DNA of 63,834 bases, counting the filler, from Dicyema japonicum (Eukaryota > Animalia > Dicyemida), in assembly GCA_011109175.1 (NCBI GenBank). It is 6 parts of 6 records of this genome, joined end to end, with 100 filler letters (N's around TTAATTAATTAA, not from the genome) between each part and the next. Parts side by side here need not be neighbours in the genome. Positions count along the whole stretch, not along the records: positions 33,639 to 46,953 come from RDEW01000164.1; positions 47,054 to 54,198 come from RDEW01000214.1; 4 more parts are not named here. The stretch is one strand, 5' to 3'. The notes under the pieces are model-generated. The model was not told the DNA's origin. It saw nothing but the letters and a program-made list of their open reading frames with translations, and ran no database searches. Below are positions 36,890-48,284 of this stretch, one piece after another. The position numbers and the translations under genes are program-made. The first letter of the stretch is position 1; the number at the start of each line of letters is the position of its first letter.

Positions 36890-37800
36890 CATGAATTTAT
36901 TGCGATTAAATCGTTACTTATTTTATTTGTTCTGGGGATTCGGATAATATAATGCTAATACTACTTGTTCTTTTTAATTATTTCCAAAATAATAACTACC
37001 ATATTCACATTGAGGTATTTCACGTATATTTTCTAGTTTTTTAGGAACAGAATGATTCTAGATGGTTAAACGTTACGAATTTTTGGTCGATTTTGCTCTG
37101 GATTCCCAATCGAACAATTTAAGTGCGATTATTTTTTGGTTCTTCATATTTCTAACTGATTCAATTATATCTAACCAAGTTCAAATGAGATACTCAGATT
37201 GTAGTCAAAAGTTGGGGTTGTTGTATTACATTTTTCTCAGAAATGCATCGGAGAAGAACAGGATTTTTTAGAAATGCAGTGCTCGCGATTTAATTATGTT
37301 CAATTTTCAAATAAAAATTATAATTGGCAATCACTGATTTTGCAATCTGAACAATGCAGACTTTATTGCTTTCCATCTAACAAACAATTCTACAGTCTTC
37401 TATCAGATAAAGTACTAGATAACACTCCATGTCGCAATCCACTACCTGGGCTTTGTATTAATGGAATTTGTCACGTATTGAATTACTAAAAAATTAATAC
37501 AACAATATAAATGTGACAATAAGACTGAAATATGTCATCCATGTAATAAAAATCCCTCAAAATGCAAAAGAATTGACAAAACATTTTAGTAAATGACCAA
37601 AAGTCTGGTTAGAATTTTAAAATAAGTTAGAATATCGTGACTTTATCTTTCTTCCGTTAGGTGCTTATGAATTCTATGTTGAGATACAAAATAGAATACC
37701 TGCGTGTTTTCTTGGTTATCACAATTACATTTTTAAAATGAAATAGGATCGTTGTTCTTAATTCAAACTTGACTTACGCCAACTTAGACGTTATACAATT
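36890..37800 (+). CDS. ADAMTS-like/papilin-type extracellular protein (Cys-rich and spacer domains)
   Basis: RYSDCS..QCSRFN..YNW..CRLYC..KVLDNTPC..LCINGICH, then a spacer-like LGAYEFYVEIQ; short introns. Confidence 0.7.
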
Positions 37801-37889
37801 AATGAATTTTTTTTTAATTTTTTATTTTTTGAAAAGAACGTATTAGTTCAATGTTAATTAATATTATGGTTTTTCATTACTGTAAACCC

Positions 37890-38460
37890 AGGGAATTAGG
37901 ATTCCCCAGTGGCTGCACCGCGGTTGCAACATTCATAATGAACCTGTTATTTGTGTTTCGGTTGAAACATCGGATGGAGAAAGCTATCTAATTGACACTG
38001 TGGACACCTCTGGACACAGTCTGCCGAGAACGGTTTGGATGTAAAATCGGAGTCTTGTGACGGACAATGCTGCAACATGGCTAAAATGAGGCGGATAATG
38101 ATGCAAGATGACAGTGAAATTATTACATATGGTTGCTCGGCACATTATCTCAACCTTCAAAAGGTGTAGAAGTAGCTGACGTTAATTTTGAGAATTTGTG
38201 AAGAACACATATCGATTTTGATACAGATATTACTTCCAAAGTCCAAAATATTTGCCTAAAACGTCGTGTTGAAGAATATTTGCGGCTGATTAAACCAATT
38301 GCTGTCGCTTTAGACAAAAATGAATAAAAATCTGATTTAAATCAAAAAAAATCATGTTTAAATCAAAAAAATCTGATTTTTTTGATTTTTTTAATAAAAT
38401 CATGATTTTTAACAACTTTGATTCTAACCGAATCTTTATTTTAAGATTTACTGGAAAATG
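37890..38460 (+). mobile_element. hAT (DUF659-type) remnant
   Basis: NIHNEPVICVSV..YLIDTVDTSG..VTDNAANM..YGCSAHYLNL; GATTTAAATCA-type subterminal repeats. Confidence 0.75.
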
Positions 38461-38643
38461 AAGATTTTGCAATCATCGAATAAATAGATTCTTACATAGT
38501 TAGTTTTATAATTTTATCTTGTTGTGTTATGTTTCTCAAATCCCTGCGGTTATATAGCTATTTCGAAATATAATTTACGTGAAAATATAAGCCCTACTCG
38601 AATATAAGCCCTTGCCCTATAATTTAGGCCTTTTTATAATATA

Positions 38644-39200
38644 CTAGCTCAGCAGCTCGCTTCGCTCACCGCGACCTAGCTCCTGCGGAGGGCCTGTTTC
38701 ACCAAACAACTATAAGTTTATGCAAATATATAAAACGACCTGGTTTGATGTAACCCTATTCTAACGCCTGTTGATAAACGATGTTTGTCGTCCGTCCTTC
38801 CTTGGCATATATGAATAAATTTTCTCTTCTGCCTACCCTCGAGCATCCCACATACAGCTGTCCATGTGAAAAGCACTCGCTTTCTAAAAATAAGCCAACT
38901 ACCTTTAATGACTGTCCCTGGAGCTTGTTTATTGTCATCGCAAAACTCATCCTCAACGCAAATTGCAGCCTTTTAAATCTAAACGGTAATCATCGGAATT
39001 TGTAGTGCATCCTCACCTCTATACTTACCTGTTAATATCGTCGCTTCTATTACGTTAGCCATCAAATTTTTGATAACTAACCTCGTTCCGTTGCATAATT
39101 TAGGTGGCGCAAGATTTCGTAATAAAACCACTGGAACGCCTATCTTTAATTTTAAAAGATGATTAGGCATTCCAGAGGGATCTAAGGAATTTATTTTTTT
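38644..39200 (-). mobile_element. Helitron 3' portion (PIF1-like helicase C-terminus)
   Basis: [54 protein letters not shown]; 3' terminus CTAG|T at 38644. Confidence 0.92.
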
Positions 39201-39483
39201 TATTTTTTTATTTTTGTGTGTTTTTTTGATTTTGAGGATTTTCTTTCTGGTCTTTTTTGGTTTCTTTGGAGCAGGGGGGAGCTTTTGAAGGTAGCACAAC
39301 ACAAACACAATCAAACAGACCCAATCAAACACACAAAATCAAACAACAAATTAAATAAAATAAATAACTTACACATTAAGAGCAGGAAAAGAAGCAGCAG
39401 GCGGATTTGCAGCAGCAAAAAAAGCGGCACGCATAAAAGAGGCAGGCAACATCATTAATTACCTTAAGCTGAGCTTTCTGTTC

Positions 39484-39678
39484 TTCAACTTCGTTTTCCT
39501 TCCCTCGGTTATCTATTGAAAAAATTATTTTTGAATAATAAAAAAGAATAGGAAGAGAGGCATACCGAAAATAAATTCGACTTCGATTCAACTTCGTATT
39601 CCTTCCATCGGTTATCTATTGAAAAAATTATTTTTGAATAATAAAAAAGAATAGGAAGAGAGGCATACCGAAAATAAT
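39484..39678. repeat. Two-copy direct repeat, 103-bp period
   Basis: TTCAACTTCGT..GGCATACCGAAAATAA at 39484 and 39587. Confidence 0.9.
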
Positions 39679-39800
39679 TTTTACACAGTCTATTCAAGGT
39701 CGTGCAATCTATTAATTGCACACTCTGGCAAGGTCAAATATGATAATAGCTTTAATCTTGATTCATGGTCGATAATGATATATTGGCATTTAATTTTAAA

Positions 39801-40410
39801 GGACCCTATCATGTGAGTCGGACATGCTTGTTGTTCATTTTAACCAAAATGCAGAAAATTTTTTTAATTTTTTTGGCTGGAAGGTTTTAGGACTGCATCA
39901 TGTAAGTCGAGGACATCGTGGTTGTTCATTTTAACAAAATGCAGAAAATGTTTCTTTAATTTTTTGGGGGGAAGGTTTTAGGACCTCATCATGTAAGTCG
40001 AGGACATCGTTGTTGTTCATTTTAACCAAAATGCAGAAAAAGTTTTTTTAATTTTTTTGGGGGGAAGTTTTAGGGACCTCATCATGTAAGTCGAGGACAT
40101 CGTTGTTTGTTCATTTTAACCAAAATGCAGAAAATGTTTTTTTAATTTTTGGGGGAAGGTTTTAGGACCTCATCATGTAAGTCGAGACATCGTTGTTGTT
40201 CATTTTAACCAAAATGCAGAAAATGTTTTTTTAATTTTTTTGGGGGAAGGTTTTAGGGACCTCATCATGTAAGTCGAGGACATCGTTGTTGTTCATTTTA
40301 ACCAAAATGCAGAAAATGTTTTTTTAATTTTTTTGGCGGGAAGGTTTTAGAGGACCTCATCATGTAAGTCGAGGACATCGTTGTTGTTCATTTTAACCAA
40401 AATGCAGAAA
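39801..40410. repeat. Tandem array, ~92-bp unit, 7 copies
   Basis: Units start at about 39801, 39890, 39981, 40074, 40165, 40257 and 40352; most differences lie in homopolymers. Confidence 0.95.
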
Positions 40411-40619
40411 GTGACTTTTGAATGTCTGAATTTTTAAACAGCATCGAGCTTGAATGACCCATATAGACGTTTCGAAGTTGAAGAAGCATTAGCCTCGTGG
40501 TGACAAAAAACTTTTACACGATTAGTCAAAAAGAAACCGATGACCAACATGAGTTTTAATCATAATAAACAAGATTATAAACATGAGTTTTATATCTTAT
40601 TGTGAGTCAGGTTTGTGTG

Positions 40620-43600
40620 TGTTTCATTATGGCAAAATAAAATGAAAGAAGAAGACTCCAAGATGATGGAAACTCTTTGGATAGTTGGGAGGGATCCTCT
40701 GTTTGTCATGGTGTATTAAAATCAACACCAGGAAATGTAGCGTTTACTTCAATGTGTAATCAATTCTGGCATACTAGCTGCGCGCACCTTACCAAAGCCA
40801 CAGTGAGATCACTTGGGCGATGGAGATGCTACTGCATGGCTCCATTCGGAATCGCGACTTCGCAGCATCAAGCTTGTCGTGTCGCACATAAGTCTCCTTC
40901 GCTTCACGAACCTATATCAGAACATTACTTACGGAAATCTAAGAAGATACAATTACGGATCCCTAAACAGGCTCGGATCTCTGCGGCAAACTGCTTGTGC
41001 GATCTTATCACTGATGCGCTAAGCTCCGGGGGGACCCTTATTGGATCCGTCTTCTCTCCTTTGCACCTTGCGTGTTTGGACAAGCAATTGAAGGTTAAGT
41101 ACCAAAGCGAGCCTCTCGCTGCTCATTAAATCCCATGAACCGCGTGTAAATAGGATTGACACTACAGATTATCCGAGCTAGTCAGAGACGAGGCGCGACT
41201 ACAAAACAAAAGAAGTAGGTGTTTCGGAGCTGATAACTCCCGAAGTCCGAAATTCTGGAACCTCTACAAAATTAATGAGCGGGACAAGGCGAAGGGAGAA
41301 GAGATCATACTTAAATCGGCGGATGGAACCTTTGTTCCGACGGAGAAAGTCCCGGAGTTCTTCGCCAGCAGTTGGCAGGGATTCAAGAGGTGGACCCTTC
41401 GTCAATCGTTCCCCAGAAGATATTCGAGGAGTTGACTCGAAGGCAGTAGACAAAACATGTATTGGACGGACCTTTGTGTGGGAGAATAAGCCTGGAGGAT
41501 ACGATCGACGCAATCAGAGGGTGTAAGAACAATGCGCCAGGATTTGACTTTATTCCTATGGAGATGTTCAAAAGGCACCAGGATGCCTGATTTGCATCTT
41601 GGTTAAACTGTTCAATGCCAGTTGGGACATTGGTCATATCCCAGCAGATTGGAAACGAACAATCGTCCGAGTGATCCCAAAACCTGGAAAGCCGAGTATA
41701 CAAGCGGGAAGCTATAGGTCCATTAGCCTTATCTGCACTACTTCGAAGATGATGGAAAGGATCGTATTCAATCGTCTTTCGACTCATGTGGAAGAAAATA
41801 ATATACTTGCTGAAGAAATATAGGGCTTTAGACCTGGTCGATCAATCGGAGACTGTTTTTTGGTACTTAAGGAAGAAGAACTGTCTCGAGTCAAACTTCA
41901 TAAAGCTTGCCAGTCCGCGGTTTGCTTGGACGTCTGCAAGGCCTTTGATAGTGTCTGGCACCTTGGGTTGATGGAGAAAGTGGCAGAATCGGGTGCTTGG
42001 CGAAAAACTGTAAAATGGCTGGAATGTTTCCTGCCCGAGCGAAAGTCGGTGATCCGATGTGGAAATCTGTTATCAAACCCTGTGAATCTCAAGAGAGGTG
42101 TCCCACGGGGATCAGTTCTCAGCCCTCTGCTCGTCAATTTATTCCTGGCAGATGTCTCAAAACCCCCCTGTTCGACGAGTAGACTAATTATCTACGCCGA
42201 CGACATCTTGGTTACGGATGTCTCGACGTGGGGACCCCGATACAGGAGGAGATTGTCTTGGAGCAGATTTGAACGTACCGGGGGAACTAGAAATGTGGTG
42301 CAGCAATAAAGGCTTGAGTCTCGCACAAGACAAAAGCACTATTTGTTGGATTTTGACTGGCCAAGACAAAAAACCGAAGTTCGATGATTATTGGAAGCTA
42401 ATTATATCGGGGAACCTACACTACTTGGGAGCAACAGTAGACATCACCGGGTCCTAAAAACTACATGTGGACGCAAAGCGTAAACAATGTGCAAACATTT
42501 TAAAAGGACTGAGGCGTTTCCATCTTAATACGGAAACGTTTCTTCACATTTAACGGACCTGCGTTCATCCTCTACTAACATACGGATCGGAGGGCTGGTA
42601 TCAAACGGACGAAAGGGACCGTCTAATCTCCAAACTCGAAAAAAACCAGACGATTTGCCATAAAACTGGCATTCGGCCTGGAGTTCAGCAGTCCGCTGGA
42701 GGACTTACATGAACGGAGTATTGACACGATAGGCGCTCGTTCGTGGATGGAGATAAAACAATCTTCAGGGGCAAAACCGGAGTTGAGACCTTAGTGGTTC
42801 TCATTCTCACGCCCCTAAGCGCTAATTCCTTGGCCACTTTCTTTTTGGGCTATTTTATTCAATAAACCATATTCTTCTTCTTTCGTCCGCTGATTGACTT
42901 GCTGAATCTACTGCCCAGACTTTGGAACACCTCAAAAACAAATATCTGATGCGCCTATTCAACCTCTGGTACCTTGACGATGCCACTATTGGTGGCCCTG
43001 TTGATGTGGTCTGGATGAATATCTAAAATTGTTCCTGCCCTGGAAAAAATGGGGCTGATAATCAACACCAAAAAAACTGAGATCATAAATATCTCAGTCC
43101 CAATACAAGACTTTGGTTAGTAATAGAAAAGAATTTCAGAAATCTTGCCAGGCACAAAACAAACACGCCTCAACGATGTTTATTTTCTTGGGTGTCCTTT
43201 CGGGAGTCCGAAGTGCAAAACCACCTCAGAGCTAAAAGTGTCGAAATGTCCGTTTTACTGAACGCCTCTCTTACTTGACTCCCACACGGCCTTTTTCCTC
43301 CTCAAAAATTGCATCCACGTCCCCAAACTGTTATATTTATTGAGATGCTCGCCCTGCTATATACAAGAAGAATTATTGCATTCTATCGATAATACGTTAA
43401 GATTGTGTGCCGAGTCGATCCTAAACATTCGTTTCGATAATGATGGGTGGACGCAATGTAAACTACCACTTAATTCTGGCGGAGCTGGCCTAAGATCTGC
43501 CCTGGACCTTGCCCTGCCGGCTTTCCTGTCCTCTCACTCATCCTGCCGAAGGCTATCCTTGGAGATTCTACATAAATCCCCCGAATCTTCTTTGGACAAG

Positions 43601-44437
43601 CCTTTTGAAGATGGATGTATGCTGTGGAAGGATTCAGGATTAAAATTCCCACTCCAAACATCATTCCAACAGAGCTGGGACAATTTACGCTGCGAATCCA
43701 CCTCAGACAAACTTGCAATGAGGCTCGACCAGCATCGCCTCGCCTGTTTACGCTCTGCAGCCGTGCCACACAGCGGGTCATGGCTGAATGCTATGCCAAT
43801 TGCTGGCCTCGGAACATTATTAGAAGATGACTGCATGCGCATCGGTACTGCACTGAGACTTGGACTTGACATCTGCGAACAACATCGTTGCAGATGTGGA
43901 AAAATGGTTGACGTCAAAGGTGTCCACCCACTCTCTTGCAAACGAATGCTGGGCGAGCTCCTCGGCACTCCGCTATAAACAATGTTATCTTACGAGCTCT
44001 TGAGTCAGCGGGCTTCCCCTCGGTGCTAGAGCCTGTGGGCCTAGATCGTGGAGATGGGAAAAGACCCGATGGGATGACCACCTTTCCTTACTCCTGTGGG
44101 AAATCGTTGGTTTGGGATTCAACGTGTGTTGACACCCATTCCAAAACTAAAATGGTCTCTTCTGCCGTTTCTCCGGGTTCTGCTGCAGATTCTGCAGAAC
44201 AAAAAAATTGCCAAATATGCAAATCTCGGACAACGATATCGCTTTATTCCTATCGCTGTGGAGACATCTGGGGTAACCGGCCCTCTAACGACTTCTTTCA
44301 TCAAAGAAGTCGGAGGTAAAGTCGCTAGGCGACGTGGGGAGCCTCGGAAAGTGTTTTGGTTGTTCCAACAAATCGGAATAGCTGTCGTTCACGGCAATGC
44401 ACACTCCATCAAGCTTGCAGCCGCATGTGCCTTTTAA
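40620..44437 (+). mobile_element. CRE-type LINE (PHD-like N-terminus, RT, RLE) interrupted by another LINE
   Basis: 40677-41129 CNQFWHTSC..WRCYC..RIPKQAR; about 42950 FNLWYLDDATIG; LPLNSGGAGLRSALDLALPAFLSS; CRCG..HPLSC..RH; RPDG..WD.TCVDT; ends LAAACAF*. Confidence 0.88.
41200..42880 (+). mobile_element. I/Jockey-type LINE RT nested in the CRE element
   Basis: WKRTIVRVIPKPGK..YRSISL..SKMMERIV..LDVCKAFDSVWH..GVPRGSVLSPLL..YADDI. Confidence 0.9.
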
Positions 44438-44529
44438 CCGTGTTCTTTCTTCCTTAAATAAAGAACAGTTGATTGAAAAAAATTAACTTAACTAATATCA
44501 AATAAAAATAAACTAATTAATTTCTTAAT

Positions 44530-45060
44530 TGCCTAACTTACAATGCAATTTAATTGCCGAGAGTTCGTCAGAAAGCAGTATTGCATAGAAATAGTTTGAA
44601 TGTATTGCAAAATTCTGTAAACTTGCGACAAGGAAGAATAGAAGTCGTCGCCGTTGATTGATACTCTGACAGGAGTCGGTGCGTATACATTAATAATGGA
44701 GATTATGGAATTGTTCTTATCACCATATTTTAGTTGTATGACACATATTCTATCGCTCACTCTCCAGTCAACTCAAATAAAGTACAGTTGTGGCTTTCGG
44801 TGATGATCAAATAAACGATTCTTTCCATCAAAACAACACCACTGGCCATGACTCGACATTTTATGACGCCGCTGTCGCCGGAATCTGTTCTGGTGATAAA
44901 GAAAGAGTCTTGCATTTACTTTACTAAAGAATACCTGAAGCCGTGACCATTCTTTGCTTGTCATATTTAAGTGTTATTTCCAGTTCGTAGGTTGTTCCCA
45001 TAGTTTTGTGCATTGGACATTCAAAGACCACCGAGTCTCCGATATCCTTCAACAGGACTG
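44530..45060 (-). mobile_element. RTE-like AP-endonuclease fragment
   Basis: SDRICVIQLK..SIINVYAPT..FYSSL. Confidence 0.7.
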
Positions 45061-45084
45061 TGGAATCCAATTCTCTTTCGGTGT

Positions 45085-45510
45085 CTAAAAAAGTCGAATT
45101 AAGACTAGGAAACGTTTGAATACGTTGATTTCCGGCACCAGAAGCGTGCCACAGCTATCTTCTCTTATAAAGCTGTATATTCCCGCCAGAAAAGGGGAAT
45201 TCGACATGAATAACAACCGACCATCTTCTGCCAGCCTCAAATCTTGTGAGTACAGAGAAAGGTTTTTAACATTAATCATATCCTTTAGCCAAGTATATTT
45301 TCTATAAGCAATAAAAACGTGACAAGAATACACTTCTTTACTGTCAGAATATATAAATGGAACATATATTTCTGAGCCAGAATGAGCCACAGTACTGTTC
45401 GGGAGTGACAATTCTCCCAGACATGACATTCTACCACTAGAAAAATAAAATGAACTTGAATGATATTCTTGGAGGTACAAGAATAACAAAATCCAGCTCA
45501 TTAACGCCAA
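45085..45510 (-). CDS. Intronless 141-aa ORF with hydrophobic N-terminus, unknown
   Basis: Long ORF for this composition; LMSWILLFLYL resembles a signal peptide. Confidence 0.3.
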   Translation of the reverse strand: MALMSWILLFLYLQEYHSSSFYFSSGRMSCLGELSLPNSTVAHSGSEIYVPFIYSDSKEVYSCHVFIAYRKYTWLKDMINVKNLSLYSQDLRLAEDGRLLFMSNSPFLAGIYSFIREDSCGTLLVPEINVFKRFLVLIRLF

Positions 45511-46571
45511 GTAACGATTAGTCGATGACTTATACTCGGTGGAATACGTGATTGATTAGTCTGTTCTAATTTGGGACGTTTAGTTGCACAGTGTGAAACG
45601 TCAGCGCGCCTCTTCCGATGAATGATGAGACGGCAAATTGGGTAATTAATGAGGTACATCTCAGCAAGACGAATGGCCCTAACATCATTAATCGAACAAT
45701 ATTAATGGGCAATACTCGCTACTTTAATTAATGATGTGCTTACCAGATAGGCTTTTTAAAACCTTATTTAAAACAACGAGTATTAAACAATTTGTTGTAT
45801 TAAATAAACAAGCATATTGAACTTTCACAGTGAAAGAGTACACTAATCTATCTTTATTTACTAACTTTGAATCCACTACCAGCTGGAAACCTGTTGGCAT
45901 TTTAAATGATGGCTGAAGGAGGTTGGATGTGATGGCTATTCTAGAAGAGGAGATGTCTGGCTCGGGAAGTAATGTGCTTATTCGACCATTATAACCTGAA
46001 CATTAACCGGTGCACCTTCTAAAGTGCTGAAAAAAATCGAACATAAAATACGTTGGAGTTGGAGAAAACAAAAAATTGGTTCCTTTGCCCTTCGAGACGT
46101 CTCGTATTCATGGAACTTCATAGTTAGCATTTTTTACAAACTTGGTTGTTATGGGCATAATGCACACAGTATCTCCGGCAGCAATAATAGGCTCATTGAG
46201 AGATTTTCGATTCTCTGGTTGCTCATAATTAGTGAATCTAATTTTTTATTTTCATATTTTTTATTTTTTGCCGACCCTAAGTTTGAGAAGCAACAGATCT
46301 CCGAAACTGGCTCTATTACTGCAAGTGAATTGAGTTGCGATGTTGTTAATGACTGACGTAGTAATTTGTTTCTATAAAGAATTCTCTATCATGCTCCCTG
46401 ATCAGGTGGTTGAGACTTTTAAAAAAGTCTGAGTTTTCCTAGCTTTTTTATTTTGACTGTCAAGCGTTGGATTAAGTCAATTTTCGATTTAATTGAAGTG
46501 ACATGGTTTATTCTATATTTATGGAGAGTATTTGTCTTAAGTACATAGGACGGAAAATTGAACAAGAGTGA

Positions 46572-46953
46572 TTAGAAATAAATAGTAAAACCAGGATCAA
46601 TCAAACGATGCCAGGATAGCAACCCACCTCTGATACTGGAAAATTCAAATCTTTTGAACTCCTCAAGGGATGACAAATAAGAGGCAACTCTCTCTGAGTC
46701 AACTCCTCTCTTACAAATGACATACACAGGCACATCTCCCAAATCGTCCAGCTCAGTCAATAAATCCGAACGCACAGTGGGCAAATATATAGTCGAATGG
46801 GAGATATTTATTGAATTCGCACATGGTAGACTACATATCTCAAGTTCTACAGGATTCCTCACGTCCAAAAGGACATGTCTAACCCCAGCGTCCCGTAGTT
46901 TAAAATAGTCCTTCAGATAATGATAGAGAACTGGATACCTCAACTGATATCCC
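46572..46953 (-). CDS. MOCS3: MOCS3/UBA4 C-terminal rhodanese domain (5' part lost in gap)
   Basis: LLDVRNPVELEICSLP..PVYVICKRGVDS..IRGGLLSWHRLIDPGF..Y. Confidence 0.85.
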
Positions 46954-48284
46954 NNNNNNNNNNNNNNNNNNNNNNNNNNNNNNNNNNNNNNNNNNNNTTA
47001 ATTAATTAANNNNNNNNNNNNNNNNNNNNNNNNNNNNNNNNNNNNNNNNNNNNTTTCTTTAACACCAACATAAGAAGGGATTATATATTGAGGATGAAAA
47101 GTCCCTGCAAAACCAATTTTGGTACGTCTATAAATATTTATAGTTTTAATGGAATATATGAGTACAAATTTATTTACCCTGTTCCAACGTCTATGACACA
47201 GGTTGTCGAATCCATTGAATTTCTAAGCGTTAGATTTCTTTATATATTCATTAAGAGAAGTTTATTTCTCCTTTTAAGAAATTTTCAATTGACTAAAAGG
47301 AATTGATTATAATATCTAAAATTAGCAATTAATTTAAAATTCGACTCAAATATATTTGGGAAGTAAATTTAATTACGACGAACGGATCATGGAATATCGT
47401 TGTCTCGTTAATTGAAAGTTTTAATGTCTCGTCTGTTTAAAAAATCTTTTAAGAGAATTTTCATAGTGAGCTCGTATTGGATTAAAAATGAGTTACCTTA
47501 AAATCTAATAAAATACATAAAATTCATTATTCGAAAGTTCATGCTATAAATCGATTATTTTCTAAGGAAGCTAAAATATAAATAATTTGGCAGATTACTG
47601 AGTAACTTCCCACAAGGAAGTAAATAATTAGCAGAGATTTAGAATTGATTATTAAGAAGATAAAAAATTAAGACATAATTGGCTTAAATCAAAACTCGAA
47701 GAGGTCAGACAAATGTATTAACAATACTCCAAAGATCCAATGATCAAAAGCTTATGACAATTTGTGACGATTAAATAAATAAATTTTATTAAAAATTAAA
47801 CACTAATATGTTATTTCTTTGATACTTTAAGATATAGCACAAAAAATGCGAGAAAGAAGAAAAGAGCCAAAACAGGAAGCACCAAATATCTAAACTTGTT
47901 TTGGTCATTTTTGAAAGCTTTTCTTAATTCCCTTTTTGCCTTTTTCTCGTTCTTAGCTTTATTTGGCATACTCTAAAAATCATTTAAACAACTAACACAA
48001 GAGGACACACAATAAACAAGATGAGGTGTACAGAAATCAGATTTTTAAATTTATAAAATAATAAATATTTTTTTAAATAAATAATAATTTATAAATTAAT
48101 AAAATTCAACTTTAATGCTTATTTAATTTCATCATGACTTACAGAGAGACCATAACCCCATTTTGATTAAGGTCAACTGTTCTAAATCGACTCGAACAAA
48201 ATATATATTATGACCATATTAACGCTGACTGGAAAGGATTTGAAAATATACGTTGATTTGTTCTTATTGAACTTCCACCCTTAT

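Noticed and set aside
39801-40410. CRISPR-like array
   Set aside because: The whole unit is repeated with no unique spacers, the context is eukaryotic and no cas genes are present.
43470-43968. Long antisense or alternate-frame ORFs over TE coding regions (also 41199-41787 and 28671-29330)
   Set aside because: Expected shadows of GC-richer coding DNA; no independent motifs.
44438-44500. Similarity between the CRE 3' UTR and the SINE tail
   Set aside because: Short, AT-rich and gapped; the SINE's terminal hairpin is absent, so it is not evidence of partnership.
45600-45760. Possible C/D snoRNA (ATGATGA)
   Set aside because: No properly placed D box or terminal stem.
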